Below, in pieces: positions 26,501 to 39,470 of a stretch of 42,114 nt of DNA. Every line of letters begins with the position of its first letter. Positions within the stretch are counted from its first letter, which is position 1. This DNA is from Reclinomonas americana ATCC 50394. Taxonomy: Eukaryota. The notes below the pieces were generated by a model, which ran no database searches, had not been told where the DNA came from, and saw only the letters and a program-made list of their open reading frames with translations. Made by a program: the position numbers and the translations under genes. The DNA is taken from the NCBI GenBank assembly GCA_048213135.1, contig PS015828.1, positions 1-42,114 of the forward strand, given 5' to 3'.

Positions 26501-29500
26501 GCTGCGGCGCGGAAAACACTCTTGAGTAGTACCCTCACGCAACAAGTAGTAAGCAAAGTGATGCGGTCGGCCGTGTAGTCGCCTTGCTGCAAGATATAGC
26601 AGCAAAGTCGCACCAAGAACTCGGCCTCGTGAGGGTTCTTCTTGCTGCCCTCTCCGGTCTCCTGGTGCTCGTGCGTCACGAAATAGAGATTGCGCGAAAT
26701 GCCGCGAACAGACGGGTACTCCAGCACGGACTCGTGATCCGTGAGTCGCGGATAAATGGGTCGCACCAAGCTTCGCAATGTGCAATGGGCACCAACACAC
26801 CCTCCTAACACAACACTCACGCAAGTACGAACCGACTGATCTCCGGACGCATACGATGCTGATTGGACAGAGTCTCGTGCCCGTGACCGACTGCCACGAG
26901 GCGTTCTGCGCGTGTGAGACCGTCATCAAATTGAGTCAGTACAAACACATCGCATGAAGCAAGCGGGCAACTCACCAAACAGGGAGACATCGTGCTTGTG
27001 GACGCGAGAGAGGTGATAGTCGGCAGCATGAGGTCTTGCAGACATGAAATGTCAGCGCTTGACAAAGAACGGTGTGCACAAGAAGAGAGCAAACCGAAGT
27101 TGCTTGTGGTCGCCGATTAGCACACATTGTTGAACATCTTCGAACAGGGCGCAGACGGCATGCGCTTCAAAGATTTCAGCAGCCTCCTCGACAATCACCA
27201 CGGACGGCGATATCTCGTGACTTGACAGCAAACTCGCGTACTTGGCAGCAGCTGCAAGCAACTCAATACTCTCAGCAAAACAACCCAAACCCACTGTGCA
27301 GTCAACGTGACAAACCAGTCGTGGTCATGGCAATCACTTTGGCGGAAGCCATAGCTCTGCACATTTGCACGCACACAGAGAGTGCAACAGTGAATTTGAG
27401 AGACCAGGTGTCATTGTCATCTTGTTGTCACACGAAACTCAATGTCACGCTCCATGTTCAGCTCTTCCAGCTGGTGTTGCGCGTCGAGGTACCGTTGATT
27501 GTAGTCGTCGATTAGCGGACGCAGTACGTCCATCATGACTTGCTGACGCAGTTGACGATGCAAGACCTTGCGAACGACAGGCGAGAGCTGCCAGAGATCG
27601 TCGACACCAGCGAAATCTACGTTGGCAGCAGGGGCGGCATCAGAATTCTGCTGTGAAAACTCTCCGACAAGATGATCAACGCAACCAGTTTCCATCATCA
27701 GCTTGACGGCTTCGACTGCCTCGGCTTCGGCTTCGGCTATGGAGGGAAACACAATCAACAACAGAAAGTCGGCAACGCACTATTCAGCCGTTCGGTACCA
27801 TGCAGATCCGCAGGAACTGTACAGTGACGACCAACATTAGCAAGGACGAATGCAAAACAACACCAAAGAAAGGCGCAAGAAACATGACAAACCATCGCCT
27901 GGAGCTTCTCTCGACACCGCTGCGACCGGAGCGACATGTGGGTGTGATGTATGGACATAGGAGACAGAACAAGAACAACCCCTCTTACCGTCGTCGTTTG
28001 CCTCCGCTTGCTGCAGTGCAAGCTCAAAGTCTGCAAACTTGCGATCCGAGAACTGTTCCACATCGCGGTCGTACCAGCCATCGTCATCACCGTCGTCATA
28101 GTCGTCATCATCGTCAAAGGCTTTCGGAATGATGGTGAAAGCGCGCTCACATCGACGATAGGCAGCGGCCAGCTCTCGTGCCTTGTCTGGCGAATATCCG
28201 AGCCACCGTGCGACGATGGCCATTTCGTCCATCGGTTGCTGCCGATCGCGCTTCTTGGAAAGAATCTGTTGGCCTCGCTGAACAAAGTACTGTCGAAGGT
28301 CCGATGGAATTCGGGTTTGCTCCAGATTGCACACCGGAAAGACATACAGCGAGGCCAAGACCTGTATCTGCTCCTCCAGTTGCTTGGACATCTGACGCAG
28401 TTCGTACATGGTCTTCCCGCGACGACCCGTAAGCTTCACCTGCCGTACCGCTTCCATCAGAGTGTACGGCTTCAGGCGCTCGCTTCGCGACCGGCCACCA
28501 ATTCGAATCACGCTGGTTGTAGTGTCGAGAATCGCCTCCAGGAACTGATCGATTGCGTGATTGGTGTAGCACACGCACAGGATTGGCCGATTTCGCAGGT
28601 TGACCGCACGATCCGTGCCCTCCGAGTTGGCCAGCAGCAGTCGAGTGAGAACGAGGCCGATGTACGTCTTGCCGGTGCCAGGTGGGCCTTGAATCAGTGG
28701 CATCTGAGAATTGAAGCACAGTTGCAGCGCAGCAAGTTGACTGGGGTCGAGACCAAGTGGAAGGTCCAACCACGTCGGCTGCCGCGGATTGTGTCGACGG
28801 CGGACAAGGGGAATCAGCTCTCGGACCTCGGGAGACATCTGCAAACACGGCGTGTTGACCGGTCAGTCAACCTCTCGAATAGAAAGTATTCAATTGACAA
28901 CGAGCGCCCGCACCAGAGTTGAGAAGTCCATAGGCGCAGCCGTCAGGTAGCCAGGCGGAATCAACGCGCGTCGGTCATCGGCCGAAGCCAGCAAGTACGG
29001 ATAGAAGAGTTGAATGTCGTTCAACATGGCCATCGACTGCAGTCTACGCAGTACGTGCACCGAGGCCTCGAAGTAGCTGCTGGTGGACTCGACCTGTGAA
29101 CAGAAGAGACACACATGAATACGCGGTCGGCAACTCATCCCTGCGCCAATCATCACACTTCTCGCGTTCCGTACCATCGTAAGAGTCTCAACATCGGCAC
29201 AAGGCAACACGAGATCACCACCGGTGACTCCAAGGATCTGCAAATCGACATCCTCGCCCTTGCAGCGAGTCACCACTCCACAAATGACGTGCTCCTCAAA
29301 GCGGTCGGCGCTCAACGCGACGAGAGACCCGCCCTTCAACAGATCGCGCTCAGGGCCCTTCTTCGGTCGATTCGTCTGCTTCCTCTTCGACTGGTTTGCT
29401 TGCACAATCTTGAAGTGGTAGCACAAGCCCACGCGTTGCACCAGAGTCGGTCCTGTGCAGACAACGCGGTCGAAGACGCGCAAGCTGCGTGGAGGTCGGC

Positions 29501-31725
29501 GGTTGGCTCGAGTAGCTTTCCGCAACTCTTCGATGCCTTCACGAAGAGGTCGCATGCAGTCCTCTCGCTGCATCACCAAAGGAAGAAGAGCAAAGGAGAA
29601 CGGTACCATTTTTGAGAAACCGCAACAACACACAAAGGCGTGAACAATCACATTACAACTGACCATGACGTAGAATTGCAATGCCAAGTACTGGTCAATC
29701 GACTCTAGTTTGTGCGACGTGGTGATGTTGGTGTTGAGGGCCGCAGCGACTTGATCCAAGCGGCGGTTGTCAATGAGTTCCTCCAGCTCGGGGAAAAGTG
29801 GCACCGTTCGAAACTCCTCTGCTCCACGACTCACGGTGAGTACGGCAAGGAGCGTGGCACACCGCCTATGAATTCGCACTCACCAGTGAGGCCGTCGAGT
29901 GAGGCCGGCTGATCTGCGCCTGTCGCCTGCCTGGCGTTTGGTTGTCGACGAGCTCGCTGCTGCCGCAGAACTTCCTCCGCAGCATCTCGGGCCGCAAACA
30001 ACCGATCACTGACCGCGATGATAGCATCCATCGTGACAGCAGACTGTCCGACCCTACTTGCGCTGGAGTCCGTCAGCCAGTCTATCAATCTTCGAATGCT
30101 GTCGACGGGAATCAACTCCAGAGGGTTTTCAACACGCCCAAAAACGGCGACATACAGCCGAAGCAGGTGGAACAACAATTGGAAGTCACTGACTTGCATC
30201 TCGTTGCTCTCAATAGCGTCCTGTGTTGCACAAATTCCACACGCACACATGTACTCAGCATTGCATCGACCGACTCGTAGCTAAGTGTTGACTCACCTGC
30301 AAATACAGCCGGATGCTCTGAAGGCGACCGGTAAACTTGCGGCATGCCCACAATGCATGCACCAGCTTGATACATGCATGTTGTTGGTAAGTTGACGCCT
30401 CCAGCAGGAGAGGAACGATCTCCACCAGCCGGTCGAAATCCTCGTCGGAAGGGCAGGCACTGCCAGCGAAATTCGCCTCCATTGCCGACATGAACTCGGG
30501 CGCCGTCAGATCGAGTATCACCTCGTTCGCGACGGAAGAAGTGAGCGCAGCATTTGATGCGCCTGCTTTCACCCGCTTGAAACAGTCTCGAAGACGAACG
30601 GCGGGTGGCATTGGACCTGGAGGGAGGAGAGCTAACGTGAGCACACCACATGGCAGTCGCAGTGGCGTGCTTCACAACGAACTCACGTGCTGGCTTTCGC
30701 TGCTTCTCAGACGGAGAGGACTTTGAAGCCGAGGTCGGAGGAGATCGAGCAGAGGACGCTGAGACGGAGGAGGCGTGTTGAGAAACAAGGCACCCGATGC
30801 ACGGACGGCATGGTAGTCACCTTGAGCTCGAGAGGAAGCAGCCGCAGGGGGGCTCTTCGCGCTCCCATGAGCGCGCGGTGTGCGTGGGTCTGCATGTTGT
30901 GTGAGTGACGATAATGCATTGTGAACATTGTGTGTCAACACACCTGCTGACGAGCTGCCGACCTGCTTGCGAGGTTTCTTGTGGGCATGAGTGGCCGGGG
31001 GAGCAGCAGCGGTGGCCTGCTGCGCATGCGATGCAGGCGGTTTCGCACGCTGAGAAACTTTGGAGGATCCGGACGCTGCAGGTGCATTCCCCACGCTGGG
31101 TTCTGCTCGTCGCCGTCAGCGAGAACACAGCGGTAGAAGGGCGCAGTGAGCACCCTGAACCTCCCACACACACGATATCAACGATCGGGAAGAATGAGAC
31201 GAATGAACTCACTTTTGCGAACAGGACCGGCGGTGGGTATTGGGGGACGTGACGACGATGCACTCGCTCCCACGTTTCCCGATGCACCGCCGCCGGCTGC
31301 AGCGGTGGCAGTCGGGGTCGCTGTGTTGGTGGCACGCACGTTCACAGTCTGCGTGAGCCTGCCCTTCTCCAGCGCCTCCGCCACCAAGCCAGCGAATACC
31401 GGCTTACTGAGGACAGGAAGTGCGCGCGCACTCGCACCCTGCGCAGCAATATCCTGCATGGTTAGTGCGCCGAGTACCGTAGTAAAACACTTGGCGAGCG
31501 CGATGCAATCGCAACAGCATCGTCGTCTTGGCCAATCCTCATCTGAAACGCGTCATAACGGGAATGCTTCGCGACGTGGTCGCGCAACGATTGCCACTCT
31601 GCAGCTGCGGCACTTGCTGTTGCTGCGCTGTCGTCGAGCTCCTTGCGCCAAGGCGGTATACCAACATCGCACTCAAAGTACACCGTGATGGTGGCACGCG
31701 TGGTGCCACCGCTCCCAGAGGCCAT
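23570..31725 (-). CDS. ZNFX1: ZNFX1-like SF1 (Upf1-type) RNA helicase with NF-X1 zinc fingers, RING-like domain and C-terminal RZ finger
   Basis: FRTVPLFPELEEL..QYLALQFYVMREDCMRPLREGI; Walker A IQGPPGTGKTYIG; CYTNHAIDQFLE; VIVEEAAE; LIGDHKQLRP; QHRMRPEIS; TIDDYQGEENDIILLSLVRSN; NRICVALSRAR. These are followed by repeated CGH-type NF-X1 fingers, RING-like CRIC..DCHHVFE..KCPSCR and RZ GHWFKCPNGHPYFIGECGGAMQTSRCPDCGATVGG. The start codon at 31725 is tentative. Confidence 0.92.
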
Positions 31726-31968
31726 TTGAGGATTGAAAAAAAGGCGAGGATGCGACGGCGATCGCGACCTGCAATTCCTGTCAAATGCATCACATTCCGA
31801 CCATGTTTCCGGCCACCACGACTGCACGTAAAAAGATTCTCACACCCGGGATAAATGTGCATGTGATCATCTGCCCCGCCAACTTGAACGCAGTTGGACC
31901 AGCGGTTCCAGCTTCTTGTACAAAACGCATTTCGAATTTTCCACAGCAGCACTCTGCAATATATCACA

Positions 31969-33341
31969 ATGGCTGTGAGCTTGTCGACTGAGGCCTTTGC
32001 GACGGCGATTCTGCACGCGTCCGCACACCCCACACGCGCCGTATGCGGAGTGTTTGTGGGCACACAATCGGGAAAGCACGTGGAGGCGCGCCACGCATGC
32101 CCTCTCTTCCATCTCTGGCTCAACTCGTCGGCCATGCTGGAGGTGGCGCTGAGCATGGTGCGGGAGAAGGGAGAGAGGGAGGGAGGGAGAGGGAGAGGGG
32201 ATGTGGGGGAGGTGGGAGAGAGGAGTGTGTGCAAGAGTGTGCAGGAGTGTGCAAAAGTGTGTGTGTGTGCAAGTGTGTGTGTGTGTGCNNNNNNNNNNNN
32301 NNNNNNNNCACACTCTCTCTCTCTCTCTCTCTCACGCCCACACACATTTCTCTTGTTCTGAGAGACAGAGACAGCCACATTCTCACCTTTTGAACGCATT
32401 TGAGAGACAGGAAGGCTGACGCATTCTCTCCCGTTCCCTCGCGTTGGGAAGTAGACGCGTTCCCTTCTGTATCTCTCTCGCTCACTCTTGTCCTGGGAGA
32501 CAACCGCATTTACTCACTCTGTCTCTAGCGCACGCACTCCCTCACTCAGAGAGATAAGATAACAGACTCGTTCTTTCCACTTTCTCTCTCACTCGCACTC
32601 TCGCACACGTTCTCTCCTCTCCTTCTCACACTCTGGGGGCAGAACAACAGGCACGATTCACTCACCTCCCTTCTCATGCATTCGGAGGGACAGGAGGCAG
32701 ACACCTTCCCCGTTCTCTTTCACACACACACACACGTTACCCTCACGTTGCTAAGCAGACGCATTCCCTCCTCTCTCTCTCACACACACGCACACAAACC
32801 CTCACTCGGAGAGACAAGCAGACGCGTACCCCTCACCTCCTCTTCCTCTCCACTCTTTGGTACACGTATCCCTCACTCGGAGAGACAGGAAAGCAAACAC
32901 ATTTTATCTCGTTCTTTCTCTTTCTCGGAGAGTACAACGGGCTAGATTCTCCTTCCCTCCCTTCCTCTCCCCCTCTCCCTCCCTTCTCTACCCCCTTCCC
33001 CTCACGCCCTCTTTCCCCCCTCCCCAGGTCCACAACGAGGAACTTCACCTCCAACAAGATGTGTTTCCGGGCACCGTTGCGTCATCCCTCACCCCCCCCT
33101 TCTCCTGTCCTCCCTTCTCCCCCTCCCTCTCTTTCCTAATTAGCGTGGCCCACAGCTGTACGTCGAGAAGCGCTTGCTCGACGCCGTCGAGTGGCTGGGA
33201 GGGGCGACAGTGAAGAGTGCGGTGGCAAAGACGGCCGCGGTACGCAAGGCCCACGTGTCGGTGTTTGATTTCGACGATCACTTTGCCGACGTGTCGCTGG
33301 ACTGGAGGAATCCGCAGGTGGCTGAAGCGCTGCGAGTATAG
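31969..33341 (+). CDS. EMC8: ER membrane complex subunit 8/9 (UPF0172, MPN-like); middle exon(s) probably in the gap
   Basis: MAVSLSTEAFATAILHASAHPTRAVCGVFVG..ACPLFH..MLEVAL and C-terminal VFDFDDHFADVSLDWRNP; TAG at 33339-33341. Confidence 0.85.
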
Positions 33342-33457
33342 CAACTTGGACGTATGCGTAGAACAGGAGAGTTGTCATGCGCAGCGCATTTTTTGTATTG
33401 GTAAGGGGCGCATACGACTCGGCGAATGAGTGAGCGCGAGAGGGAGTGGACTCGTGT

Positions 33458-36400
33458 TTACAGCACCGGCGTGACGGCGACAGCCATGGACTCCTGTGCG
33501 TGACTGGGTGAGAATAGCGTGCGTGAGCAGGAGTTGATGTGGCTGTTTGCGCAACGATGGCACACTCGTCGGTTCCGCGCTGTGGCACAATGTGAGTCAT
33601 GAAGCGAAAGACAAGGAGAGACAAAAAAAGGCAGAGTCGACTTACCCGAATGCGGAAGAAACCGTCCTCGCCCCAGGCAGTCTGCGCGAGATGGCAGTGA
33701 GAAGTGGGGGAGCAAGAGGCAGCATGTAAGAGAGAGAGAGAGACAAACCCCTGTGTTGTTGTGGACATTTGCGACGATGAACGCAAAAGAAATGTGAGCA
33801 GACGGGGCATCTTCAGCTGTCTGTCAAGCGAGCAACTCACCCCTGCAATCACACGAGTGAGACATCGAACAACAAGCACACATTGTGGACAAAGAGACAC
33901 TCACCAGCTGTTCTTGACCTTCCAGAACTGCGACGATGACGAGGAGACTCGTGTTAGTCAAGAAGGGAAAAGGATACATGGCGAAGCGAGCAGTGACTAA
34001 ACCTTCACGCCATCGGATGTGGTTCCGTATCCGACGATTACCACGACTGCAAAGCAAAGAGAGAGGAGTAAGAGGAAGGGGGATAGTCATGCAGGCACGA
34101 TGGCACGTCCGCAAACCGTCTGCGCAAATGACGACACGTGAGTGGTGCGCAGCATGTCAATCAATAACGAAAGACGCAACGATTGGTCAGCTGGAACGGG
34201 TTGAAGGTCACCAGGTGCGACACTGCGGTGTGCGAGTACACGCCACCCTGCCAGGCAAGCTTCAGTCCATCAAACGACACACTCTAACCATCGACAACGC
34301 CACACACCTTGTAGTTGTGCAGATCGGGGTACACCTCGAACGAGACAGCAATCGGGCCATTCGCCACCAACTCCTCCATCATGTTCAGCTCCGTGGCCGC
34401 CCCGTAGTAGCCACCAATGTAGTGGTAGTCGCTGTGCAACGGAGCATGTCAGAGGGAGGGAGAGAGTGACGAAAAAAGCGTGGCGAAAGGGAACGAAACG
34501 AGGTCCAGTGCAGGCGCGGGTTGGAGCAGCGCTTCGAGCACGACACCTACAGCCATGGATGGTGTGAGAGGTGACAGAAGCGGAGATCTCTCACATCGTG
34601 CGTCCTACACACACCTCCGTGGCAACATACGGGAAGCAGCTCTCCTCCACGTGTCCGAAGTCGTGGCCGTACTGCGCGGTCGCACGAAGGGAGTGCAGTG
34701 AGCGACGACAAAATCACACAGGGTGACAAGAAACCCGACCTTGCCAGCAGCCAGGTACGGGAAGCCGCCTGCGTCAACACATTTCGTCAGTCTGGTGCAT
34801 TCGGCACAAGAAGAGAGGTGACAACACACACCGTCGCAGCCGTGCGAGTAGACAGAGCACGAGACAATGTTCTGAGTACTGAGGATGACCTACACAAATA
34901 CGCGCGCACGTGCGCACGTGAGCAAAGCACTCAAGTCATACACTTCAAGCAAGGCAGGCAGGCAAACGCACCGTGTTCGTGTTGTTGGAGAGAATGCGCA
35001 GGCGAGCCTCGAGTGTGGCCGCCGACGCAAAGGCGTAGCAACTGCCGCATTGCTGTGTGGTGCACGGTGATGCGCGCGCATGAGCAAGTCAGAGCGGGGG
35101 AGTAAGGGAGGGAGGGAGGGAGGGAAAGAGCGCGACTCACTCCCTGGTTGCTGTTGGCAAGACGAGAAAAAGAAGCAGATGAGCTCTCAGCGTGAGAGAG
35201 ACAGCAATCGCGCGACAGGCACGCACCGGATGGGCGACACGTAGCTCACCTGTACAAAATAACACAATCAGCACGTGAGAGACTGCCATAGCACCCCCTG
35301 CATTTCGTGTGCATCACGCAACTCCATTGACATTGGTCCAGTCCCACGAGTCCGGCAGCGTCGACGACAGCGACGTGGCCGCGTTCTCCGCCAACTCCGG
35401 CTTCTGCGGCTTGGTGACAGCGGCGGCCAACTCCTGGCGCGCATACGAGCCACCGGCACGGCGCTCCATCTGAACAAGGCAGCGTGGTGAGCTCAAGTCC
35501 ACAGCTGTGATCCGAGTCACGCTTCACGCAACATCGCCAATGGTCAACCCGAGGTGCTCGTCGTAGGTAGTGGCCGTCCACAGGCTCTGCGCCTTGTTGA
35601 TGGCGTCCACAAACTCAAAATCGTGCTCGTACCTATGCACACGCCATGTGAGTCGACGACATGCACGCGCGAGGCATCACGAAACACAACTTGAGCTGGG
35701 CGCGGAGCGGGTCGACCACGGCCAAGTCGAGGCTCGTGCGGAGCGGCACCTTGGGCGTCTCCGGCGCGCTCTGCGTCTTGATGCCAAAGTAGCAGCCCCA
35801 GTTGCCCGGCTGCAAGTGCCACGAGACGAATGAGCGACACAACCAGTGTGTCTTCTTCAAACGGCCTCACCGCATACTGCTCTCCATCGTTATGGTACCA
35901 CCCCGGCAGCGTCTCGGAGCACACAGAGGTCACATGGCCACTCGGATCGGTCACCCACTTGGAGAAGGCGAAGAAACGACGACCGCCGACCTTGACTGCA
36001 CTCACGCTTGAGAACAATGACGCAAAACACAATGACAAGCGAGAAAACAAACCGTCAAACGACCTGTCATGAGGGGGTTTACATAACAACAGAAGGTGAT
36101 TAGTGAGTGTGCAGTGCGCGCCTGCTTTTGTTACACGAAACATGGAATAAATCATGGTCCAGAAGCCCTGATTGCCAGCACTGTCTGTGACCTTGTCGGG
36201 GTAATCCAGTGTGACTGTGTACGTGTTCTCCACCTATTGTACACGCATCCACTGAGCACACACACAGTGGAGAAGAACAAACAAGCGCGCGCGCAACAGT
36301 GAAGGGATTGGTGCAGTTGATGTTGTCACGAGTGAAGCCGGCCGGACCCAAGTGGAAGGTCCACGTGCCACGCACCTGTGACACGCGTGCACAGTGAGTT

Positions 36401-36599
36401 GCAGTCTGTGAGAGAGACAGACAAAGAGAGACGCAACGTCCTCGTACATGCAGTTTGCGGGGGTCTGTGACTGCGTGTGTGAGCGAAAAAGATGATCACA
36501 AGTGCGTGCATGACACGCAACATCAGCCACCACTGCATACGGAGCAGCAGCGACACAAAACACCGCGAGGAACACGAGAAGAAGCGCGCAAAACTTCAT
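33458..36599 (-). CDS. CTSC: Cathepsin C (dipeptidyl peptidase I), papain family with exclusion domain
   Basis: Signal peptide, then [129 protein letters not shown]. The model requires microexons. Confidence 0.95.
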
Positions 36600-36842
36600 G
36601 AAAAGCGGATGAAAAGCACATGAAAATTCTTCGCTTGCAATCACTCACATGGAACGCTTTGCAGAGCGTGAGAAGGCACTGTTGAAGGCGATTTTCCGTG
36701 CACGAAAACAGAGTGCAAGTTGTGTGTGTGTCCAGTGTGTTGCATCTGTGCTTTTCTCATTGTGTTGTTTCATGTGCAGAGGAGCGCATTCTTGCATCGG
36801 ACGCGGTTCTGTTTGCACTGCGATGTTCCGCGAGTGTTGTTG

Positions 36843-39430
36843 ATGAGCAAGAGGACGATGGAGAGGAAGAAGAGCACAGCAGTGTGTTCATGTTATGCCT
36901 GCGTCTGAGCTTGTCTGTCATCATCACTGATGATTGCTCACTGTTGACATTTGTAGATCGCAACTGTTGAGTGTGTTGCAAAGCAGTGCTGTGTTGCGTG
37001 CAGTGGAGGAGCATGCAGCAACAGTGGTGCACGTGGAGAAGGAGGAGGAGGAGAGCATCGTTATGTTGCCTCCATCGCCATCACTGCAGATCGTTACCAT
37101 GCCATCGCCGACGCGATGGATGCAACAACAGTCGCCACTGATGAGTCGACGCGCAATGTCACCAGTGACCACACGGACTCCGTCGTCTCCGTGTGGTGTG
37201 GATCATAGTGGACTGTTGTTTTCGTTGTTTGCGGAGCGGCGGCAGCACGGCGAGAGTGTGTCGTTTGTGGATCTCTTGCGCATGTGTCACACGTCGCAGT
37301 TGCTTGACAATCGGTTGACGGTGGTCGCGGTGGCGGAGATGGTGGAACGAGTGACGGCGGAGCGGTGTCGTTGCGTTGCTTATACGTGTGTGCGTGGAGC
37401 GCGATCGGAGGCTCACTGCCTCCGCGCAGCCATGAGTTTGTCGTATGAGCAGTTTCGGCAGGTGCTGGAGGAGATCTCGGTGTCCAAGTTGCGTCGCTGC
37501 AAACGATGATAGCGATGATCGCTTCTGCGGCTTAGAGGACATGTATATCGCTGTAGGGATCGCAAAATGTCGGGTCATGTCACGAGTCCGGTGTCGTTGG
37601 CGCGCATTGCCGACATGGTGGCCGGCGCGTCGCAGTCTCGCTCGCGCATCAACTCGCTTCTCATGCGACGGTTGGTGGTGCTTGCAGACGGTGCGCACGC
37701 TCACGCCAGCGTTCTCACGTGTCTGTGTATGTGGCAGAAACGGGCCGGCGCAATCGCCCTCGTCTCCTTCTCCGCCGCCACCACCACCGCGACCACAATC
37801 GCCTGCATCGCCACCGGCACGCACTCCGCCTCCGCAGCGTCTACCGCTGAGTGAGCGTATCCGCCAGCGGGTGCATCCGCTCCAATCGTCGGCCGTGTCG
37901 GCGCGCTCCCCGCTGTCGGCCATGGCCAGCAGCATGCTGTCGTCCGGCACGATGCACTTGACCGATCTGGAGTCGTCGCTGTTGCGTGCTCTCCGACCGC
38001 TTTCGCTTCCACTTCTGTCCCCCATCTCTTCTCTTCTCTTCCTCCATCTCTTCCCATTCTCTTTCCCCCATTCTCTTTCCCATCTCTTTCTTTTCTCTCC
38101 CCCGTTCTCTTCCCCATCCCTTCCCCTCTCTCTTCCCCGTTGTCTTCCCCTCTCTCTTCCCCCTTCCCTCCCCTTTCTGTTCCCCATCTCTTCCCCCTCC
38201 CTTTCCCTTCCCGTGACACTGTCTTTCCTCGCCACAGTGCGTCGCCGTCGGTGTTCCCGGTCATGACTGTGGGGAGGGGCGATGCGGCGGAGGATCCGCG
38301 CGCCCCGTCTCCCATGTCGCCCGCCTCACCATCGATACGTGCATCGTCGACGGAGCGCGTTCGCAAGTCGGCTGTGCGTTGTCATTCTTCCTGTGTCCAT
38401 CTCTGTGTATCCTCTCTTTGACCGTATGCCCCTTGCAGAGTGTTCCCCGTGCGCAGGGCAACCGCGCCGATTTGGCCGCCGGCTCCGAAGTCGTACTGCG
38501 AGGTCTCTTTGACTGGGACAGCGTGCTGGTGTTGCGGCGCTGTCACCGGCTCTTGCGCGCGGTGAGCGCAACTTGCACTTGGCTTCTCCCGTTCATAGTC
38601 CTCGCTGACACTCTCTCAACGGCACAGGTGTTTGCGGCGTACGCTTGTCGCTCATGTCGTCCGGTGGAGCTGCTGAGCGAGCACAGCGCGTCGCTGCACG
38701 AAACCGCGGCGCCCGAGTGTGGCGTCGAGCGAGTGTCGATGGAGTGCTTCGAGTTGTCACCGCATCTGCAGTGGACCAGCGACGATGTGCACCGGTTTGC
38801 CATTGACCACGGCCTCCAACCGCGCTTGCTGGCGGCGCAGACTGTGGACGAGGTGAGCGTGGATGGTGCGGACGAGGCGCGAACGAGTGGAGTGGACTGA
38901 CGGTGCCTTGTTTGCAGTTGTACGATCAGTGTGTGTTTGATGCGCGGACGGCGCTCTTGAACAAGCCGTTCACGTTCTCGGCGATGGTGGAGTTCCTGGC
39001 TCGAGCCAGCGTTCGCACAACGGAGGAGCTGGAGGCGCGACACCGAGCATTCGGCACGCGTGTGGCTCGTCGGACGGTACGCGTCTGCCATCTGTCTCTC
39101 TCTCTCTCTCTCTCTCTCTTTCCTCTCTGCATCTTCTCAGCATCCTTGGTTGTGCAGCTCGATGTGACGCCCACGGCGCAGTCGCTGGCCGCACTGCTCG
39201 TGCGCCTCCGTCTCAATTCGTCGCACGCGCACGAGGTCGATGTGTCGGCTCAACTGCAGCGCATGCGACTGGTGGCCGGCACAGAAGGCGACGGGTCTCC
39301 GTCCGGGGCGAGGTCCGGCAGTGCGTCACGACGACGCCGGCGATCCATGTCGCTTCCGGCGTCGCCATCACTGCGCACGACTGCACCCGATGCTGCTGCT
39401 GCTGTCGCACAACGACGAGCGTGGAGATGA
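36843..39430 (+). CDS. Hypothetical protein with p25alpha/TPPP- or EF-hand-like helical segments; start uncertain
   Basis: LFSLFAE..GESVSFVDLLRMCHTSQLLDNRLTVVAVAEMVERV..LSYEQFRQVLEEI resembles a p25alpha-type domain. A similar segment follows (DVHRFAIDHGLQPRLL..FTFSAMVEFLARAS). TGA at 39428-39430. Confidence 0.55.
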
Positions 39431-39470
39431 GGACGAGAATGAAGCACTTTTCGTTTCTCGGTATTTTTCA

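Noticed and set aside
31969-33341. EMC8/9 as a second JAB deubiquitinase in a ubiquitin cluster
   Set aside because: EMC8/9 has an MPN-like fold but is a non-catalytic ER membrane complex subunit.
38000-38236. Long polypyrimidine tract giving R/E/G-rich and P/L/S-rich ORFs
   Set aside because: Low-complexity intron of the + strand gene.
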